Below are positions 31,963 to 35,488 of a stretch of DNA of 35,488 nt, piece by piece. The notes under the pieces are model-generated. The model was not told where the DNA came from. It saw only the letters and a list, made by a program, of their open reading frames with translations, and did no database searches. The stretch comes from an uncultured Planctomycetales bacterium (lineage in GTDB: Bacteria > Omnitrophota > Gorgyraeia > Zapsychrales > Fredricksoniimonadaceae), in NCBI GenBank assembly GCA_964479285.1, contig CAYZLU010000002.1, positions 1-35,488 of the forward strand, given 5' to 3'. Each line of letters begins with the position of its first letter. Position 1 is the stretch's first letter. The position numbers and the translations under genes are program-made.

Positions 31963-33329
31963 TAAATTGACCCAAAGTTAGTTAAGCCACCACCAGAGCC
32001 ATAGTTTTCTGTCAGCTGATCGGTATATATTGTTTTTATGCGCTCCTGACCTATCTGTGCATAAGTTCTGGTTTCAATGATGTCGTAGCGCTCTTTCAGC
32101 ATTTTATCGATAAATATGACGCCATCGGAATCTATTCTATTTTCAAAGATCTTCTTAGCCGCTCCGACAGCTAATATTTCCCACCATTCAGAAAGCTCTG
32201 GATTACCAGCCATGTCTGCAGCAAGTAGCGCTTGGATAGGTTGACGATAGCATGTCAACTCGATAGTGTAGCCGGCATCTGGCACAGGAATAAGGGTAAA
32301 CTGATTCTGAAAAAACATGATCGCAAGAGGAATAGAAAACTGCTTGGGATTATATTGAATCTGTATTGGAGTGCCCGCAGGAATCGGAGAGGCAAAGGTT
32401 AATCCTACAATTTCTCCCGTCTGATAGTTAATTGTGGCGTTACCAGGAACGGTTGGAGTCGCTGAAGCATACTGACGATAGTACGTCCATCCATATTCTT
32501 GATTGCCATTATTGCTAGTCTGAAAAATCTGAATAAGATTTCCCTGACCATCATCTGTCACATTTTGAGTTTGACCAACACCATTAGTGCCAATAACATT
32601 GGCGGTAATTAGTATATTTTGAACTCTTCCTTGAGGAAAATAAAGGTTTCGCGCTGACTGTGGGCCAGGATCATTATTTACACTGGCAATAAGAGGAGAT
32701 GCATTAGTAAATCCATTGTAAGGAGAAGAATACCAATCTCCCCCCGATGTATATGCCGTGTATGAAGTAGAATTGACGTTTAAATAGAAACTGTTTGCAT
32801 CAATAACAGTGATGATATAAGTGTTTTCATTAACTTCAATCATGCCTCCAACGTTATTGATAATAACGCTTATCCCTGAAACAAGGCCATGATTGGGGGC
32901 TGTTATGACGGCATTTGTCGCCTGCGTAATATTGGTAATGAGGCCCGTCTGCGACCCTGTCGTCCCATCTCCTGAAGAGAAGTTTGTAAACTGCTGCCAG
33001 TTATAATTGGCCGCATAAAATTCCCACGGATTATGAAAAAACTTCAACTCCCTCTTAGCGCAATAGCAAGGCTGATCTACGGTGATATAAAGCTCGCTAT
33101 TGAAGGGATAGACATCTTGGCCCACATTGGTGGTAAAGGTATATATATCCTTAAGCTTTAAAGACCTAAACTTTGCTGGCAGATCATAAGAATAGAAGCT
33201 ATGCATCTGACGAACGATATATTCATCCGTTATCTGAAAAGCATTGCTAGAACCTGTCAGTTGCCTTGTCTTAGAGATAGAGTCTGCTAACGCAGGATAT
33301 AATGGATAGGTAGGTACAAATGTCGTCAT
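31962..33329 (-). CDS. virion protein, possibly tail tubular A/adaptor-like at its C-terminus, with inserted beta-barrel module
   Basis: 455 aa. Module 'ITNITQATNAVITAPNHGLVSGISVIINNVGGMIEVNENTYIITVIDANSFYL...YTSGGDW'. Position is upstream of the gp12-like gene. Confidence 0.6.
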   Translation of the reverse strand: MTTFVPTYPLYPALADSISKTRQLTGSSNAFQITDEYIVRQMHSFYSYDLPAKFRSLKLKDIYTFTTNVGQDVYPFNSELYITVDQPCYCAKRELKFFHNPWEFYAANYNWQQFTNFSSGDGTTGSQTGLITNITQATNAVITAPNHGLVSGISVIINNVGGMIEVNENTYIITVIDANSFYLNVNSTSYTAYTSGGDWYSSPYNGFTNASPLIASVNNDPGPQSARNLYFPQGRVQNILITANVIGTNGVGQTQNVTDDGQGNLIQIFQTSNNGNQEYGWTYYRQYASATPTVPGNATINYQTGEIVGLTFASPIPAGTPIQIQYNPKQFSIPLAIMFFQNQFTLIPVPDAGYTIELTCYRQPIQALLAADMAGNPELSEWWEILAVGAAKKIFENRIDSDGVIFIDKMLKERYDIIETRTYAQIGQERIKTIYTDQLTENYGSGGGLTNFGSI

Positions 33330-33709
33330 AATACCGGCTGGTTATCAAATGCATCTTCTAGAGTAACCGTCGTAGTCCCCTCAATGATCCCTGAACCTGC
33401 GGGGACGGCTACGCAGGGAATCTGAGGATCTTGAACATATATAAAAGGATAAAAATTCGTTGTGTCTACTGCTATTGTCACAGTCGTTGACGTTATGGAT
33501 AATATTTTAGCTTTTTGGTTATTAAGCTGTATCATCCCATTTGGTGGAGGGATGCGAAAGCTTATCCATTCCGCCACAGTAAAATTATGATTACCGGAGA
33601 ATGTAACAATAGCAGGAGCCGACTGAGTAATATTTGTTATATATTGCAAATTCGGAATAAAGTCCGACCCAAAAGGAGGCCCATAATTTGAATTATATGG
33701 GGCACTCAC
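33326..33709 (-). CDS. small virion protein, paralog of the C-terminal part of 34119..35207
   Basis: Shares 'YITNITQSAPAIV..', 'IP.P.GM.QLN', 'VDTTNF', 'PAGSG' and 'DAFDN' with the 362-aa protein. Confidence 0.6.
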   Translation of the reverse strand: MSAPYNSNYGPPFGSDFIPNLQYITNITQSAPAIVTFSGNHNFTVAEWISFRIPPPNGMIQLNNQKAKILSITSTTVTIAVDTTNFYPFIYVQDPQIPCVAVPAGSGIIEGTTTVTLEDAFDNQPVL

Positions 33710-34068
33710 AATACCGCCGTAGGGGTAAATCTCACCCTTGAAACAGTTTCAAAGCTTCTAGGAGTCTTTTGGCCACTTTGAGGTAATTCCTGGGAATATC
33801 GTCTTATCTTCTTCTTGGTATTGTTTAAATGCTTAACAATGCCCATAGGTAGATCGCATACCTCACCATGGATCATTTTAATCATTTGAATAGGCTCTCC
33901 AGGATATTTACGATAGGCAAATTCTAGCCAGCCACCTTGAGCATCAAGAAACTCGAACATGCCAGTAATCAGCTTGTCGTCTTCCTTGCGCATCTTTTTG
34001 ACAAGCTCATCCCTTTCAGCTTGTGGGAGTGTGTTTCTTTGCTTTTTGTTTAATTCTCTAACTTCCAT
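33706..34068 (-). CDS. hypothetical protein (scaffold/assembly candidate by position only)
   Basis: Start set at 'MEVRELNKK', preceded by AAAGGAAAAG. Confidence 0.5.
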   Translation of the reverse strand: MEVRELNKKQRNTLPQAERDELVKKMRKEDDKLITGMFEFLDAQGGWLEFAYRKYPGEPIQMIKMIHGEVCDLPMGIVKHLNNTKKKIRRYSQELPQSGQKTPRSFETVSRVRFTPTAVL

Positions 34069-34118
34069 TGCTTTTCCTTTAGTTAAAGGAGGAGGAGAAT
34101 TTCCCCTCCTCCACATGA

Positions 34119-35207
34119 TTATGCATTGGTGATTCCGTTAACGAAATCAGCCTTGAATGCAAACACTTGCATGTTGGCATTGGCAACACCTACCGCAGAG
34201 GTACCGATGTTCATGATGTATTGCGACTTGTTGTCGAATGCATCAGCAAGAACAGTCCCTGGAGGAGAAGCTGGAATTGTTGCACTTCCGTTAAGAGGTA
34301 CAACGCCAGAACCTGCAGGCATACAAACCGCTGGAGATGCTCCACCGGCAAAAGCTGCCGATGTTGGGAACTGGAATGCTGTAAACCCTGTTGTGTCTAC
34401 ATCGATTGTGATCGAAGAAACAGTTGCAGAGTTTGTTACACTCAAGATCCTAGCTGCCCCCGCTGGGTTATTAGTAAATGGCCCGCTTCCCGATTTTCCT
34501 GTCAGGTTGCTCAATTGAGTCATGCCATAAGGAGTTGGGATTTGGAAATCGACTAATTCCCCAGGTTGGTATGGGTTTTGTCTGAAGAAGTAAACTACTG
34601 CTTGAGAAGCCTGGGTAATATAGGCAACTGGCAGTGTGTTTGGTAGGAACTGACCTGGATATACCTTTTGATAGTATCCAGTTGTTGCGTTGGCAACAGT
34701 CAGACCAGCACTTGCAGCTGAAGCGGCATACCCAAGGGTAATGCTTACACCAGCTGAAACGGCTGTAACCTGATAAAGGTTTGGGCCGCTGATTTGCTGA
34801 CCACCAACGATATTAATTAAGCGAACAAAGTCGCCAACGTTAATACCTGTTGTCGTTCCTGTAGCAACGACAAATGTCGTTCCATTGACAGTAGTAACCG
34901 CAACCTTAGAAAAAGTCGGAGGGTTAGCCTGATCAATGAATGTAAAGCCACCGGATGTACCCTGAGAGGCATAAAGAGCAACTCCTGCTCCTGTAGAGCT
35001 AGGTTGACCCATGGCCAGGTAAGAGCCAGCCGCCATCGAGCTAAACCATTCGGCATAGACAGGATTTGCAGCTGTTGATTGCGCACCCCAGTTGGTAATA
35101 TCTTTAACGAAAACCCAGTCAGGCTTTGCAGTCATAGGGATATTCTGAGCTACTGGTGTGGCAGCATTTGTATAAGTCCAAGACCCAATAAAAGAATATG
35201 GCAACAT
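34119..35207 (-). CDS. major virion protein (capsid or decoration candidate) with two beta-barrel modules
   Basis: 362 aa with a strong AGGAGG SD (aaggaggtcgattatg). Not recognisably T7 gp10-like. Confidence 0.65.
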   Translation of the reverse strand: MLPYSFIGSWTYTNAATPVAQNIPMTAKPDWVFVKDITNWGAQSTAANPVYAEWFSSMAAGSYLAMGQPSSTGAGVALYASQGTSGGFTFIDQANPPTFSKVAVTTVNGTTFVVATGTTTGINVGDFVRLINIVGGQQISGPNLYQVTAVSAGVSITLGYAASAASAGLTVANATTGYYQKVYPGQFLPNTLPVAYITQASQAVVYFFRQNPYQPGELVDFQIPTPYGMTQLSNLTGKSGSGPFTNNPAGAARILSVTNSATVSSITIDVDTTGFTAFQFPTSAAFAGGASPAVCMPAGSGVVPLNGSATIPASPPGTVLADAFDNKSQYIMNIGTSAVGVANANMQVFAFKADFVNGITNA

Positions 35208-35218
35208 AATCGACCTCC

Positions 35219-35488
35219 TTAAATACCGCTTGAGCGTAAATTTTGAATCCAGAGGTCATTGGTGATACACTGCCCTTGGTAGAACGAGCATCCTGCCGTA
35301 TGTCTTAGCATACATGGGTCGTTGTTATATCCTGGAGGCAGATAGATAAAGCGAGCTTTACCACCTGCTTGCCATACAACCTTGTAGGCTTCTTTTGCGG
35401 AAACGAAGCAATTAGCAATGTCATTTCCAAGCATAGAAGCATTTGGAGTGACAGACCCTTGCTCAGAAGCAAAGAAGCGCACGTTATT
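35219..35488 (-). CDS. hypothetical protein, 3' part (5' end outside window)
   Basis: Frame is open to the window edge. The track start is only a GTG. Confidence 0.5.
   Translation of the reverse strand, partial: NNVRFFASEQGSVTPNASMLGNDIANCFVSAKEAYKVVWQAGGKARFIYLPPGYNNDPCMLRHTAGCSFYQGQCITNDLWIQNLRSSGI

Overview
Gene-dense segment of a tailed-phage or prophage genome, about 40% GC by eye, with no rRNA, tRNA, CRISPR array or integrase recognised. There are five transcription blocks.

- **1-1878 (+):** 3' part of a TROVE/Ro60-vWA gene followed by small Cys-rich and Gly/Lys-rich ORFs.
- **12902-1826 (-):** a long leftward operon. It runs Cro-like HTH, small gene, wHTH replication-type protein with internal iteron-like repeats, SSB-tip protein, RusA-like resolvase, GroES-like co-chaperonin, terS, terL, many small ORFs including a three-gene paralog array and a DUF551 protein, orphan DPPY DNA methyltransferase, PNKP-phosphatase-like HAD, membrane protein, unknowns.
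- **13048-15479 (+):** small ORFs plus an ERF annealase and YqaJ exonuclease recombination pair.
- **35488-23754 and 21191-15523 (-):** virion genes. These include a T7 gp12-like tail tubular B protein, presumed internal virion proteins, two repeat-rich tail fibres and a lipoprotein.
- **21343-23711 (+):** a cassette that splits the virion genes, encoding Xis-type HTH, a Cys-rich protein, RtcB RNA ligase, a zinc-ribbon protein and a small ORF.

The most unusual observation is in terL. It is interrupted exactly inside its deviant Walker A motif by a 42-nt insertion. The insertion is dominated by a perfect 13-bp hairpin, carries an in-frame TGA, and is flanked by matching CGG codons. Removing it restores ...LKARQLGVTTY.... 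This makes it a candidate translational-bypass element or RNA-level intervening sequence in a phage that also encodes RtcB and Ro60; the alternative is an inactivating insertion.

Other notable items:
- an ori-like iteron array inside the replication gene
- a plus-strand intrinsic terminator in a minus-only region, suggesting an oop-like antisense RNA
- an SD-sequestering three-segment RNA structure
- a 64-bp identity island with G8/G7 tracts in a duplicated tail-fibre module

All functional calls come from motif recognition by eye; no database search was run.
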